Positions 47,544 through 56,250 of a stretch of 64,000 nt of DNA are shown here, piece by piece. Every line of letters begins with the position of its first letter. Positions within the stretch are counted from its first letter, which is position 1. The position numbers and the translations under genes are program-made. The notes below the pieces were generated by a model. That model searched no databases. It saw only the letters and a list, made by a program, of their open reading frames with translations, and was not told where the DNA came from. This stretch comes from Desulfobulbaceae bacterium (GTDB taxonomy: Bacteria; Bacteroidota; Ignavibacteria; Kapaibacteriales; UBA2268), in NCBI GenBank assembly GCA_018335795.1, contig JAGXRP010000082.1:88868-152867 (forward strand). Reading direction: 5' to 3'.

Positions 47544-47565
47544 GATAAATTCTTGCATTTTAACT

Positions 47566-47594
47566 AAAAAGGACGCTCACTAAAGCGTCCTTTT
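47566..47594. terminator. Bidirectional terminator
   Basis: aaaaaggacgct / agcgtcctttt between convergent genes. Confidence 0.8.
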
Positions 47595-47630
47595 ATTGTA
47601 ATTCAAGACCTAAAAGCTTGATAATTAAGA

Positions 47631-48500
47631 TTAGTAGTTCATTTGTAATATTTTTAGAAAAGAATTGTAAGTTGATTCATCAATTAACTGTTCCGAATAA
47701 GCTAAAGTTACTGTTGCTAAGGACATAGCGATGTATGCGTCACGCAAATGAGGCTGTTGGGCTAATTTTTCGATATGCGATTTAACGACTTCAACATCTC
47801 CCCTTGCGATTGGTCCAGTCAACGGAAAACTCTTATCGCCCAAGCTATTAATATTATTCTCGAGAGTAGTTTTCAAGATTTCGGGCAAAAATACAGATGA
47901 ATCAACTCCTGATGTATCAGCGATTTGCTTTGCTAATTGAATAGCTGCCGTCATAAGATTGGATGATGCAACTGCCGAGAGATGATATAAAGATTTTTGT
48001 TTTAACACATTAGCACTCAATCTGACAGGAATGCCCTTTAGCGATGAAATGATCAATTCAGCAGTTGAATAAGATTCATTACTTGATTCAATCCCCCAAG
48101 GAATATTATTAAAAGATTCAATATTTTCGGCGAAAAATGTTTGGTAGGGATGGCACGCAGCTACTTTTGCACCCTTATCAATTAATGGTTGGAAAATATC
48201 AATTCCGATTGAACCTGCACAATGAATCAAAAAAGTATTAGCATGATTAATAGCATTATTAGCAGCCAATTGCTTAATAGCTATGGATAAATTCTTATCA
48301 TCGGTACTAATGAATATGCAATCGCAATTAACGTTAATCGCATCAATTGAGCGATAAACAGATGATTTCATTGCTATTTGCGAAATCTTTTCATAACTCG
48401 AATCAGACCGAGCAACAAGCCAGCGTAATTTATTATCCTGCGATAATAATTTAATTAAACTAGTGCCTAATTTTCCGGTGCCAATAACGCCAAATTTCAT
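47631..48500 (-). CDS. Rossmann-like plus DUF2520 oxidoreductase (PanG-like)
   Basis: IGTGKLG, HCAGS, HP.QTF, YH..AV..SN, LTGPIARGD. Confidence 0.85.
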   Translation of the reverse strand: MKFGVIGTGKLGTSLIKLLSQDNKLRWLVARSDSSYEKISQIAMKSSVYRSIDAINVNCDCIFISTDDKNLSIAIKQLAANNAINHANTFLIHCAGSIGIDIFQPLIDKGAKVAACHPYQTFFAENIESFNNIPWGIESSNESYSTAELIISSLKGIPVRLSANVLKQKSLYHLSAVASSNLMTAAIQLAKQIADTSGVDSSVFLPEILKTTLENNINSLGDKSFPLTGPIARGDVEVVKSHIEKLAQQPHLRDAYIAMSLATVTLAYSEQLIDESTYNSFLKILQMNY

Positions 48501-48505
48501 ATTTA

Positions 48506-49966
48506 TCAGGAATTTATTTCTATTTCAAAAGCATCTTTCGAGTCTTTAATTAAATATCCTGCATCAATAATTTTCGCTCTCAATTCATCCGCTAAAGCCC
48601 AATTTTTATCCTTTTTGGCTTGCAATCTTGCTTCGGCTAATTTGGTTATTTCGCTTGGAATTAGCTTTTCCGTAGTTGGGCGTTGCTCAAATTGCCAAAT
48701 GGCAAAAATATGATTAAGTTCGTTCAGAAACGCAAGCATTTCATTTTTAGATTCTAAATCGGCTTCCATCGCTTTATTTTCATTCATAAAAACAAATAAA
48801 TTCGCCAAAGCTTTGGGTGTGTGCATGTCATTGCCCAATTCTCCAAAGACCGAATCGCGGAGTTTGGCAACGTCGAAAGCATTTTTTCCAGAATTTGAAT
48901 CGTCCATCAAATCGTAAATATATTCTTGAATTCGCATTCTTGCTTTGCGAGCAGCCGAAATGCCATCATGAGTGAAATTATATTTTGTGCGATAATGAGC
49001 CGAAAGCATAGCAAATCTTATGTCGAGTGGGTCGAGCGATTTTTTGATTAAATCACGTAAAGTGAAGAAATTTCCGGCAGATTTGGACATTTTTTCGCCT
49101 TCGACCTCCAAGAAATCATTGTGCACCCAATAATTTGTAGGCTCGCATCCGTAACCGGCTTTGCTTTGAGCGATTTCATCTTCATGATGCGGAAATTTCA
49201 GGTCCACCCCTCCCGTATGAATATCGAATGGCAGCCCGAGCAATTCATATTCCATTGCCGAGCATTCGATGTGCCAGCCCGGTCGTCCGGGATAGTTGCT
49301 GCCGTCAATTTCAAAATCCCACTGAGGCTCGCCCTCTTTAGGAGCTTTCCATAGCACAAAATCGCTTACATGTTCGCGCTCGTATTCGTCGGTATCTATC
49401 CTAGTACCCGATTTGAAATTATCGAAATCAATTTTGAACAGTTTGCCGTAAGTATCGCTTTGTCGCCATTTAGCAACGTCGAAATATATGGAACCGCTTG
49501 CAATATAAGCATATCCATTTTGGATGATTTGCTTAATCAAAGTCTGCATTTCCTCGATATAATCAGTGGCTGCGGGCAAAGCGTAGAAATCTTCGACATC
49601 AATCCCCAAACTCGAAATGTCCTCGGTGAAAGAATCGAAATAAAACTCAGTTAACATCTTCAAATTATCAATAGCAGATTCGGTTTGCTCGCCCATTTCC
49701 GGCAACCACGCTTCGGAGCCGATTCGGCTGTCGCGGATAGTTTTGTCGTCAATGTCGGTGATGTTCATTACCCATTGCAAATCATATTTGCCGACCACTC
49801 TGAGCACGCGCTGCAAGAGGTCTGCCATCAGGAATGCCCTCATATTGCCGATGTGGGCATAGTTATACACCGTCGGACCGCACGAATACATGCGCACTGT
49901 GTTATCCGAAATTGGCTCGAATTCTTCGATTGTCTTGCTTAGCGAGTTATATAGTTTGATTTTCAT
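48506..49966 (-). CDS. cysS: Cysteine-tRNA ligase
   Basis: CGPTVY..AHIGN, DFVLWK, GRPGWHIECSAM, DIHTGGVDL.FPHH, KMSKS. Confidence 0.97.
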   Translation of the reverse strand: MKIKLYNSLSKTIEEFEPISDNTVRMYSCGPTVYNYAHIGNMRAFLMADLLQRVLRVVGKYDLQWVMNITDIDDKTIRDSRIGSEAWLPEMGEQTESAIDNLKMLTEFYFDSFTEDISSLGIDVEDFYALPAATDYIEEMQTLIKQIIQNGYAYIASGSIYFDVAKWRQSDTYGKLFKIDFDNFKSGTRIDTDEYEREHVSDFVLWKAPKEGEPQWDFEIDGSNYPGRPGWHIECSAMEYELLGLPFDIHTGGVDLKFPHHEDEIAQSKAGYGCEPTNYWVHNDFLEVEGEKMSKSAGNFFTLRDLIKKSLDPLDIRFAMLSAHYRTKYNFTHDGISAARKARMRIQEYIYDLMDDSNSGKNAFDVAKLRDSVFGELGNDMHTPKALANLFVFMNENKAMEADLESKNEMLAFLNELNHIFAIWQFEQRPTTEKLIPSEITKLAEARLQAKKDKNWALADELRAKIIDAGYLIKDSKDAFEIEINS

Positions 49967-50059
49967 TTCAATTCCATTCTTCTAAATTTAAAATTCAAGT
50001 GCAATGACGATTCAATTCATATGATATGACTAAATTGGAAAAGTAAATTTTTTATTTCC

Positions 50060-50160
50060 GTCCCGTCAGTTGTTCTATAGTTAGTGAATCGTCAATTGTT
50101 ACAAAAACGACTATAATACAAGATTCATCCCTATTCTTCAATTACATCAACAGACGTGAC
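50060..50160. mobile_element. 101-bp MITE/REP-like element with terminal inverted repeats between 26-bp direct repeats
   Basis: Ends gtcccgtcagttg / caacagacgtgac; flanks aaattg(g/t)aaaagtaaattttttattt at 50032-50057 and 50165-50190. Confidence 0.55.
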
Positions 50161-50258
50161 ATGAAAATTGTAAAAGTAAATTTTTTATTTTGTTAATCAA
50201 TCCGTAATTTTAAATTCTTTAGAAATGTAAATTGAAAAAAATATTTTGGAAAGTTAAA

Positions 50259-51812
50259 ATGAGCAACTCAAGTTCGCATGTAATTAAAAGAGCGTTAATA
50301 TCAGTCTCGGACAAAAGCGGTATTGTAGAATTCAGCAAGGAATTGGTCTCACTCGGGGTCGAAATTTTTTCCACAGGTGGCACAGCAGACCTATTGAATA
50401 GAAACGGTGTCGCCGTGAAATCAGTTAGCGAGATGACAGCTTTTCCGGAAATTTTAGGCGGTAGAGTCAAAACTTTGCATCCAAACATTCACGCCGGAAT
50501 TTTAGCAGACTTAGGCAAGCCCGACCATTTGAAGCAAATGCAAGAGCACGCCATCACTTCGATTGATTTGCTAATCGTCAATCTCTACCCCTTCGAGGAA
50601 GTTTACTACAACGACAATGCGACTCACGAGGAATTAATCGAAAATATTGACATCGGCGGACCGACAATGCTTCGGGCTGCTGCCAAAAATTACAAATGGA
50701 CATTGCCGGTCGTCAATCCCGAGCAATACGACGAAATAATCGAGTTGATGAAGAAAAATGGAAACACGATTTCCGAAGCTTTTCGTGCAAAATTAGCCGG
50801 AGAAGTGTTCTCACTCACATCCTATTACGATTCGCTGATTTCGCAATATCTGAACAAATTCAACAAAATCGAAATCCCAACACGAATGACAATCCCTGTA
50901 AACAAAGAATACGACTTGCGTTACGGCGAAAACCCGCATCAAAAAGCGGCACTGTTGGGACGATTCAGCAAAGTTTTCGCAAAAATTCACGGAAAAGAGC
51001 TTTCGTTCAATAATATTTTGGATATAAACGCTGCTGCAAAGCTGATAATCGAATTCGACGAGCCGACAGTAGCAATTATTAAGCATACAAACCCTTGCGG
51101 AGTCGGGACTGCTGCCACACTTGCAGAAGCATACCAAAAAGCATTCGCCACAGATACAGTTTCGCCATTCGGTGGCATAATTGCCGTGAATCGCAAAATA
51201 GACCTGGATTCGGCACTTGCGATGCACGATATTTTCACAGAAGTAATAATTGCACCGGATTTCAGCTACGACGCCTTGGAATTGCTCACTCGCAAGAAAG
51301 ACAGACGCTTAATCAAAGCCGATTACGACTTAATTCCTGATTTCACAGGTACTGACGTACGTTCGGTAGTGGGTGGATTTTTGTTACAAGATGAAAACAA
51401 GGAACTATTCGACGACAGCAAAATGCAAATCGTCACACAGCGGCAACCGAGCGAATCCGAATATAAAGCCTTGATGTTTGCATGGAAAATTTGCAAACAC
51501 GTAAAATCGAACGCCATCGTGTATTGTGCAGACGACCGGACAATGGGAATCGGTGCCGGGCAAATGTCGCGCGTGGATTCGTCGAGAATCGCAGTCGAAA
51601 AAGCAAAATTGATGGGGCTCGACCTTGATGGCACCGTTGTAGCATCGGACGCATTCTTCCCCTTTGCAGACGGCTTGATGGAAGCTGCCAAAGCCGGAGC
51701 CACCGCAATCATCCAGCCCGGCGGTTCAGTCCGAGACGAAGAAGTCATCAAAGCCGCAGATGCCAACAACTTAGCAATGATATTCACGGGGATGAGACAT
51801 TTTAAGCATTGA
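50259..51812 (+). CDS. purH: Bifunctional AICAR transformylase / IMP cyclohydrolase
   Basis: RALISVSDK, GRVKTLHP, IDIGGP, LRYGENPHQ, KHTNPCG, GAGQMSRVDS, SDAFFPF, RHFKH. Confidence 0.97.
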   Translation: MSNSSSHVIKRALISVSDKSGIVEFSKELVSLGVEIFSTGGTADLLNRNGVAVKSVSEMTAFPEILGGRVKTLHPNIHAGILADLGKPDHLKQMQEHAITSIDLLIVNLYPFEEVYYNDNATHEELIENIDIGGPTMLRAAAKNYKWTLPVVNPEQYDEIIELMKKNGNTISEAFRAKLAGEVFSLTSYYDSLISQYLNKFNKIEIPTRMTIPVNKEYDLRYGENPHQKAALLGRFSKVFAKIHGKELSFNNILDINAAAKLIIEFDEPTVAIIKHTNPCGVGTAATLAEAYQKAFATDTVSPFGGIIAVNRKIDLDSALAMHDIFTEVIIAPDFSYDALELLTRKKDRRLIKADYDLIPDFTGTDVRSVVGGFLLQDENKELFDDSKMQIVTQRQPSESEYKALMFAWKICKHVKSNAIVYCADDRTMGIGAGQMSRVDSSRIAVEKAKLMGLDLDGTVVASDAFFPFADGLMEAAKAGATAIIQPGGSVRDEEVIKAADANNLAMIFTGMRHFKH

Positions 51813-51849
51813 AAGCAAAGAACCAAATCCGAAAAATTAAGACAAAGAA

Positions 51850-51950
51850 CCTTACCCCTACCCTCTCCGAAGGAGATGGAGAAAGAAAAAACATAACCCA
51901 CGAATTTATTCGTGGGATTTTTTTTGGTGGGTTTGTAACAAAGACGGAAT
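51850..51950. repeat. Stacked palindromes after purH, including a probable terminator
   Basis: ccttacccctaccctctccgaaggaga; cccacgaatttattcgtggg plus T8; half GTC repeat tttgtaacaaagacggaat. Confidence 0.6.
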
Positions 51951-51957
51951 GGATAGC

Positions 51958-52512
51958 TCATTCTACTTTTCGAATTATATCCATTTCATCTTTTGTCAAC
52001 CTTCGGTGTATTATCCAATTACCTTTACTACGAATCTCGATATAACCAAACTCATCTCCAATCGTATATCTATACGTATCATTAGGCTTAGCCAAGTCAA
52101 TGAAATGTTCAAATTTAAGCCTTTCCAATTCTTGTTTACCCAAACTACCTTCGGATATGCTGATGCTTATGTCATTGTCTTGATAAGTCTCGTCTTTAAT
52201 AATGAAAACCGGAGAATTAATTGTTTGATTACCACCAACAATTGGACGTAAATGATAATTCCAAGTAGTTGTTCTTGAAGTTTTTCCACTTGTTATAGTC
52301 ATAGAGGATGATGTTGTTGGACCATATACAATTACAAAATTCTCGAAATCCGGCATCAAGACCGAATCTTCTTTAAAATCAATTGTAATTTCAACTTTAA
52401 TAATTTCATCGAATTCATAATAGTCTTTATCAGTTGTAAGTTTGACACTTTGCCCAAATATTGAACTTGTTATTAAAATAAGCATACTAATCATAATAAC
52501 TATATAATTCAT
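51958..52512 (-). CDS. Exported protein with a BatD N-terminal-like Ig domain
   Basis: Signal peptide; PDFENF.IV.GP..SSS.TI..GK......W.Y.L.P...G...I. Confidence 0.65.
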   Translation of the reverse strand: MNYIVIMISMLILITSSIFGQSVKLTTDKDYYEFDEIIKVEITIDFKEDSVLMPDFENFVIVYGPTTSSSMTITSGKTSRTTTWNYHLRPIVGGNQTINSPVFIIKDETYQDNDISISISEGSLGKQELERLKFEHFIDLAKPNDTYRYTIGDEFGYIEIRSKGNWIIHRRLTKDEMDIIRKVE

Positions 52513-52677
52513 TATAAACCTCGAAATTTGAAAAGATAATACAAAAATAAATATTTTCGCGACAATTCAAATACAAATTTTTTGTTTAGTTTTGGGAACA
52601 ATCAAAATCATTATCCCACAAATGAATTCGTGGGCTATGTCTGTTTCTTGGGTTCCGTCAGTTGCAACAAAGACACC

Positions 52678-52722
52678 ACATGACGTTAATAAAAAAAAGC
52701 CCACAAATTAATTTTGTGGGCT
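52678..52722. repeat. 45-bp exact direct repeat, copy 1 (terminator hairpin)
   Basis: acatgacgttaataaaaaaaagcccacaaattaattttgtgggct; identical at 53061-53105. Confidence 0.9.
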
Positions 52723-52765
52723 ATGTTTGTGCTGTCTTTGTAACAAAGATGATACAAAAAATGTG

Positions 52766-52918
52766 TTACGCACAGGGCTTGGTGGAAGTCTGTGTATTGC
52801 GTTTTTTGAAGTATTCCAAGATTTCTTCTTTTGTCATTTTGGATAACTTTTCACTCAATTTGTCTCTCTGTTGGCGCATATATTTTACAGCGTCAAATGT
52901 TTTTTCAGTCGTCTTCAT
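52766..52918 (-). CDS. 50-aa small basic protein absent from the ORF track (MKTTEKTFDAVKYMRQQRDKLSEKLSKMTKEEILEYFKKRNTQTSTKPCA)
   Basis: Translated by hand; upstream TAAGTTTG promoter box near 52973-52980; downstream terminator. Confidence 0.7.
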   Translation of the reverse strand: MKTTEKTFDAVKYMRQQRDKLSEKLSKMTKEEILEYFKKRNTQTSTKPCA

Positions 52919-53060
52919 ATTTTTCAAATTCAACAGTTAATAAGTCTATCTTCCTAAACATTTACCATTTTACAAACTTACTACAAAGACGTGTAAATAG
53001 CAAAAATAATCATTGTTAGTCTTCTGTCAGTTGTAACAACTGACAGGACGCATAACAATG

Positions 53061-53105
53061 ACATGACGTTAATAAAAAAAAGCCCACAAATTAATTTTGT
53101 GGGCT
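53061..53105. repeat. 45-bp exact direct repeat, copy 2; terminator of ilvE
   Basis: Minus strand: agcccacaaaattaatttgtgggc plus T8, shortly after the ilvE stop. Confidence 0.9.
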
Positions 53106-53131
53106 TTGGAAATATAGTGATTAATGTGTGA

Positions 53132-54211
53132 TTAATCGAAGTTTTTGATATTAATTATCCAGTCGTGTTTGTCTTCGATTTCGCCGTATTGGATGCCGGT
53201 GATGTGGTCGTAGAAGCGTTTTGCATATTCGCCGATTTGCATATCGTTGATGACAATTGTTTCGCCGTTGTAATGCAATTGCCCGACAGGTGAAATAACT
53301 GCTGCAGTTCCGGTTCCGAAGACTTCGTTTAATCTGCCTTCAGCATGTGCGTCGAATACTTCTTCGATGGCGATAGACCGTTCGGAAATTGGAATCCCGA
53401 AATCTCTTGCAAGTGTGAGAACAGTGTCGCGCGTAACACCTTCCAATATCGAGCCTGATTCGAGTGGCGGTGTAATCAAAGTGCCGTCAATGACGAACAT
53501 AATGTTCATTGCACCAACCTCGTCCACAAAATGCCTGCCGACGCCGTCCAACCAAAGAACTTGCGAGTAACCCGACTTTTTGGCTTGTTCGCTCGCCAAT
53601 AGCGATGCTGCGTAATTGCCGGCGGTCTTTGCTGTGCCTAGTCCGCCTCGGACTGCGCGAACGAAATCTTTTGCGACCAAAATTTTCACAGGAGACATTC
53701 CTTCAGGATAATATGAAGCAACGGGCGAAGTCATGATAATGTGGCGGAAAGTTTTCGATGAATGCACTCCTAAGAAATTGCCATCACCAAATACAACCGG
53801 ACGAATATAAAGTGAGTGCCCCCTGGTGCGGGGAACCCAATTGTGGTCAACTTTGATTAATTGGACTAAGGCATCAACGAATTGCTGTTCGTCGAAAGGC
53901 GGAATTACAACTCGTGAACCTGAATGATTCAGACGTTTGGCGTTCCTGTCAATTCTGAATAAATTCACGGAACCATCAACCGAGCGGAATGCTTTCAGCC
54001 CTTCGAAAATTGATTGTCCGTAATGCAGAGTGCACATAGCAGGTTCGCACGGAAATGTCCCGTAAGGTATGATTTCGCCATCGTTCCACTCTCCGTCCTT
54101 ATAATTTGATACATAAATATGGTCGGATAAATATACTCCAAAACCGAGATTATCCCAATCTACTTTACTATGCTTAGATTCTTGTGTTTTTGTAATTTTA
54201 ATATTTGCCAT
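53132..54211 (-). CDS. ilvE: Branched-chain amino acid aminotransferase
   Basis: LHYGQSIFEGLKA, SLYIRP, AKTAGNYAASL, EVGAMN, ILEGVTR, GTGTAAVISP. Confidence 0.96.
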   Translation of the reverse strand: MANIKITKTQESKHSKVDWDNLGFGVYLSDHIYVSNYKDGEWNDGEIIPYGTFPCEPAMCTLHYGQSIFEGLKAFRSVDGSVNLFRIDRNAKRLNHSGSRVVIPPFDEQQFVDALVQLIKVDHNWVPRTRGHSLYIRPVVFGDGNFLGVHSSKTFRHIIMTSPVASYYPEGMSPVKILVAKDFVRAVRGGLGTAKTAGNYAASLLASEQAKKSGYSQVLWLDGVGRHFVDEVGAMNIMFVIDGTLITPPLESGSILEGVTRDTVLTLARDFGIPISERSIAIEEVFDAHAEGRLNEVFGTGTAAVISPVGQLHYNGETIVINDMQIGEYAKRFYDHITGIQYGEIEDKHDWIINIKNFD

Positions 54212-54250
54212 TTTTTTCTCCTTAATAATTTTTATTTATTCGGTTAAATC

Positions 54251-55909
54251 TTAATAAATATATTCAGTTGCAATATCTCTAGGAATTGCTTTTAATATTT
54301 CAATTTCTTTCTTCAAATCGTCAGTTAGTACAGCGTATTTTGCTAAAATTTCTCCGGCTTTGTCGTAATCACCGTTCACTTGTGTCATAAGTATTAAATT
54401 GGATAATTCGCCCATTTTTTCAAAAAACAAATCATCATTTAAATCAAGTTTGCCATCAGCAGTCGTAAATATTACGCCTTGCTCTTTAAGGAAATTAAGT
54501 TGAATTAAATTTGCATTATAATGAGCACCTGAGCCAAATCTAATTGAGCGATAAAGCCCTGCGAGATAGGTTGCTTTTGCTTTTTCGATATATTCTTGGT
54601 CTTTGATTCCACTTTCGAGCAAATATTTATGATTGTACATGCTCAATGCGTCAGCTTTGCATTCTTCGATAGCAGAATATCTCTCTTTGAGAGCATTTCT
54701 GATTTCCATTTTCTTTTTGCCGCTTACATATTTTGGTCCCAAAGCGTGCGAAACTTCGTGCAAAGTTACAAAACTTGTGAATGCTTTTTTGTCAACGTAT
54801 TTATTGCGTTCCGCAGTCAATAGAGTTTTGCCGATTTCCGCAACAATTTTATCAAATTTGGCTTCCATGTGATTTTTGTACATCGAAAGCTTTCTGCCTT
54901 TTGCTTCAGCAACTTTGGGGTCGTTTGGCAAAGCAGCAGCAATTGTTTTCACACCTTGGTTGCAATCGCCACCGAAATAAACGACATTAACGACTTGAAT
55001 TACATTGCCATCACCAATAGATTTTTGCTTGAATTTATTTTCAATTGGTAATGAATTTTCAAAATTTTGCATGTTGCTTTTGTACAAATCAAGTTCGGCT
55101 GATGCTTCAAAATCTTTTACCAACACAACGGCTTCGTGAGCAGTTTTGTAGTTGAATAATTCATCTTGATAATTTTCAATTGGTCCGATTACTACATCAA
55201 CGTTGTTGCCTTCGAGTTCCATCCACGCCAAATCGCTTTCGTAATAATCGTCGGTTCTGGTCGCCGTAGCGCGTAATTGCAAATATTTTTTGAGCGACGC
55301 GTTATCTGCAAGTTCTGCGGCTTCTTCGAGCAAACTTGCGAGCCTTTCAGTCTTAGCATACTTTTGATGATATGGTACAGCTTTGAGCGTACCATTTTCG
55401 CGAACGATAATAGTATATTGGCTCTTGAAAGCTTCTGCTTGGTCTGGGTTAGCTGCAATAAATGCTTCAAACTCTTCTTTAGTCATGTCTTCGGGGTAAA
55501 ATCCTCCGCCTTGCGGTCGTTTGGCAGCTCCCGAGCCAACAAATCTGTCATTATCGTAAAGTGGGTCGTAGGGACCGTAATTAATCATGACATACTTGAG
55601 AAAATCTTTGGCTTCGTCAGTATTCAAAGCCATCAGCGAATCGCGAGTTTTGATTGCATCGTGAGCAGACTGTTCCCAAAAAATTTCGTCAATAATTTTT
55701 CCGGCTTCGACAAGTTTGGCAACGAGCGCACGTTCGCGTTCCGAAAGCCCGGACAAATCAGTTTGGAGCGTCACGGGCGCATAAGCTTCAATCCGTTGAA
55801 GTACCATAGTGTGTTCATCACTCATCTTAGGCTCCTCTATAACTTCTTTTTCGGCACATGAAACAAATGCAAAAGACACAAAAAGTACTAAACTCAATAA
55901 ATTTTTCAT
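54251..55909 (-). CDS. Peptidase M49 (dipeptidyl peptidase III-like) lipoprotein
   Basis: FVSC lipobox after ATG 55909; FYPEDMTKEEFE, IGP.ENY.D.L, LPND, HEVSH, EECKAD. Confidence 0.85.
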   Translation of the reverse strand: MKNLLSLVLFVSFAFVSCAEKEVIEEPKMSDEHTMVLQRIEAYAPVTLQTDLSGLSERERALVAKLVEAGKIIDEIFWEQSAHDAIKTRDSLMALNTDEAKDFLKYVMINYGPYDPLYDNDRFVGSGAAKRPQGGGFYPEDMTKEEFEAFIAANPDQAEAFKSQYTIIVRENGTLKAVPYHQKYAKTERLASLLEEAAELADNASLKKYLQLRATATRTDDYYESDLAWMELEGNNVDVVIGPIENYQDELFNYKTAHEAVVLVKDFEASAELDLYKSNMQNFENSLPIENKFKQKSIGDGNVIQVVNVVYFGGDCNQGVKTIAAALPNDPKVAEAKGRKLSMYKNHMEAKFDKIVAEIGKTLLTAERNKYVDKKAFTSFVTLHEVSHALGPKYVSGKKKMEIRNALKERYSAIEECKADALSMYNHKYLLESGIKDQEYIEKAKATYLAGLYRSIRFGSGAHYNANLIQLNFLKEQGVIFTTADGKLDLNDDLFFEKMGELSNLILMTQVNGDYDKAGEILAKYAVLTDDLKKEIEILKAIPRDIATEYIY

Positions 55910-56250
55910 CTTTTTTAAACCTTTTTTCAAATTTACACTTAAAACATATTCCAAATTACAAACAATGTATTGTATAACAAAATGAAAAAAGAACTTATAT
56001 GAATTTACTGTCATAAAATCTAAAAGAAATTAACACAAGGCACGCGTAAATATTCTGTTAACTTCTTTATTATCAATATTATTTCAGATTTATCCATAAA
56101 AATCAACTTTAAAAATGTTGTTCCAATTGAATAATTTTTTGGTATAGCTTTGTTGTTAATAAGTACTTTTTTAGTATCTTGGTATCCGTTGTTGTCTCAA
56201 ATGCTTCATTAAAATTTACAGATTTTACATATTCATTTATAATCAGCAAG

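Noticed and set aside
49967-50258. T-box or purine riboswitch upstream of cysS or purH
   Set aside because: No T-box or riboswitch consensus seen; the structure is explained by the inverted-repeat element.
51809-52251. Short plus-strand ORFs after purH
   Set aside because: They translate palindromic repeats or lie antisense to the BatD-like gene.
52662-53019. Plus-strand 92-aa and 62-aa ORFs
   Set aside because: The minus-strand 50-aa ORF has a promoter, a terminator and a more protein-like sequence.
51850-53105. Classical integron
   Set aside because: No integrase and no complete attC structure; only one TAAC-type end was seen.
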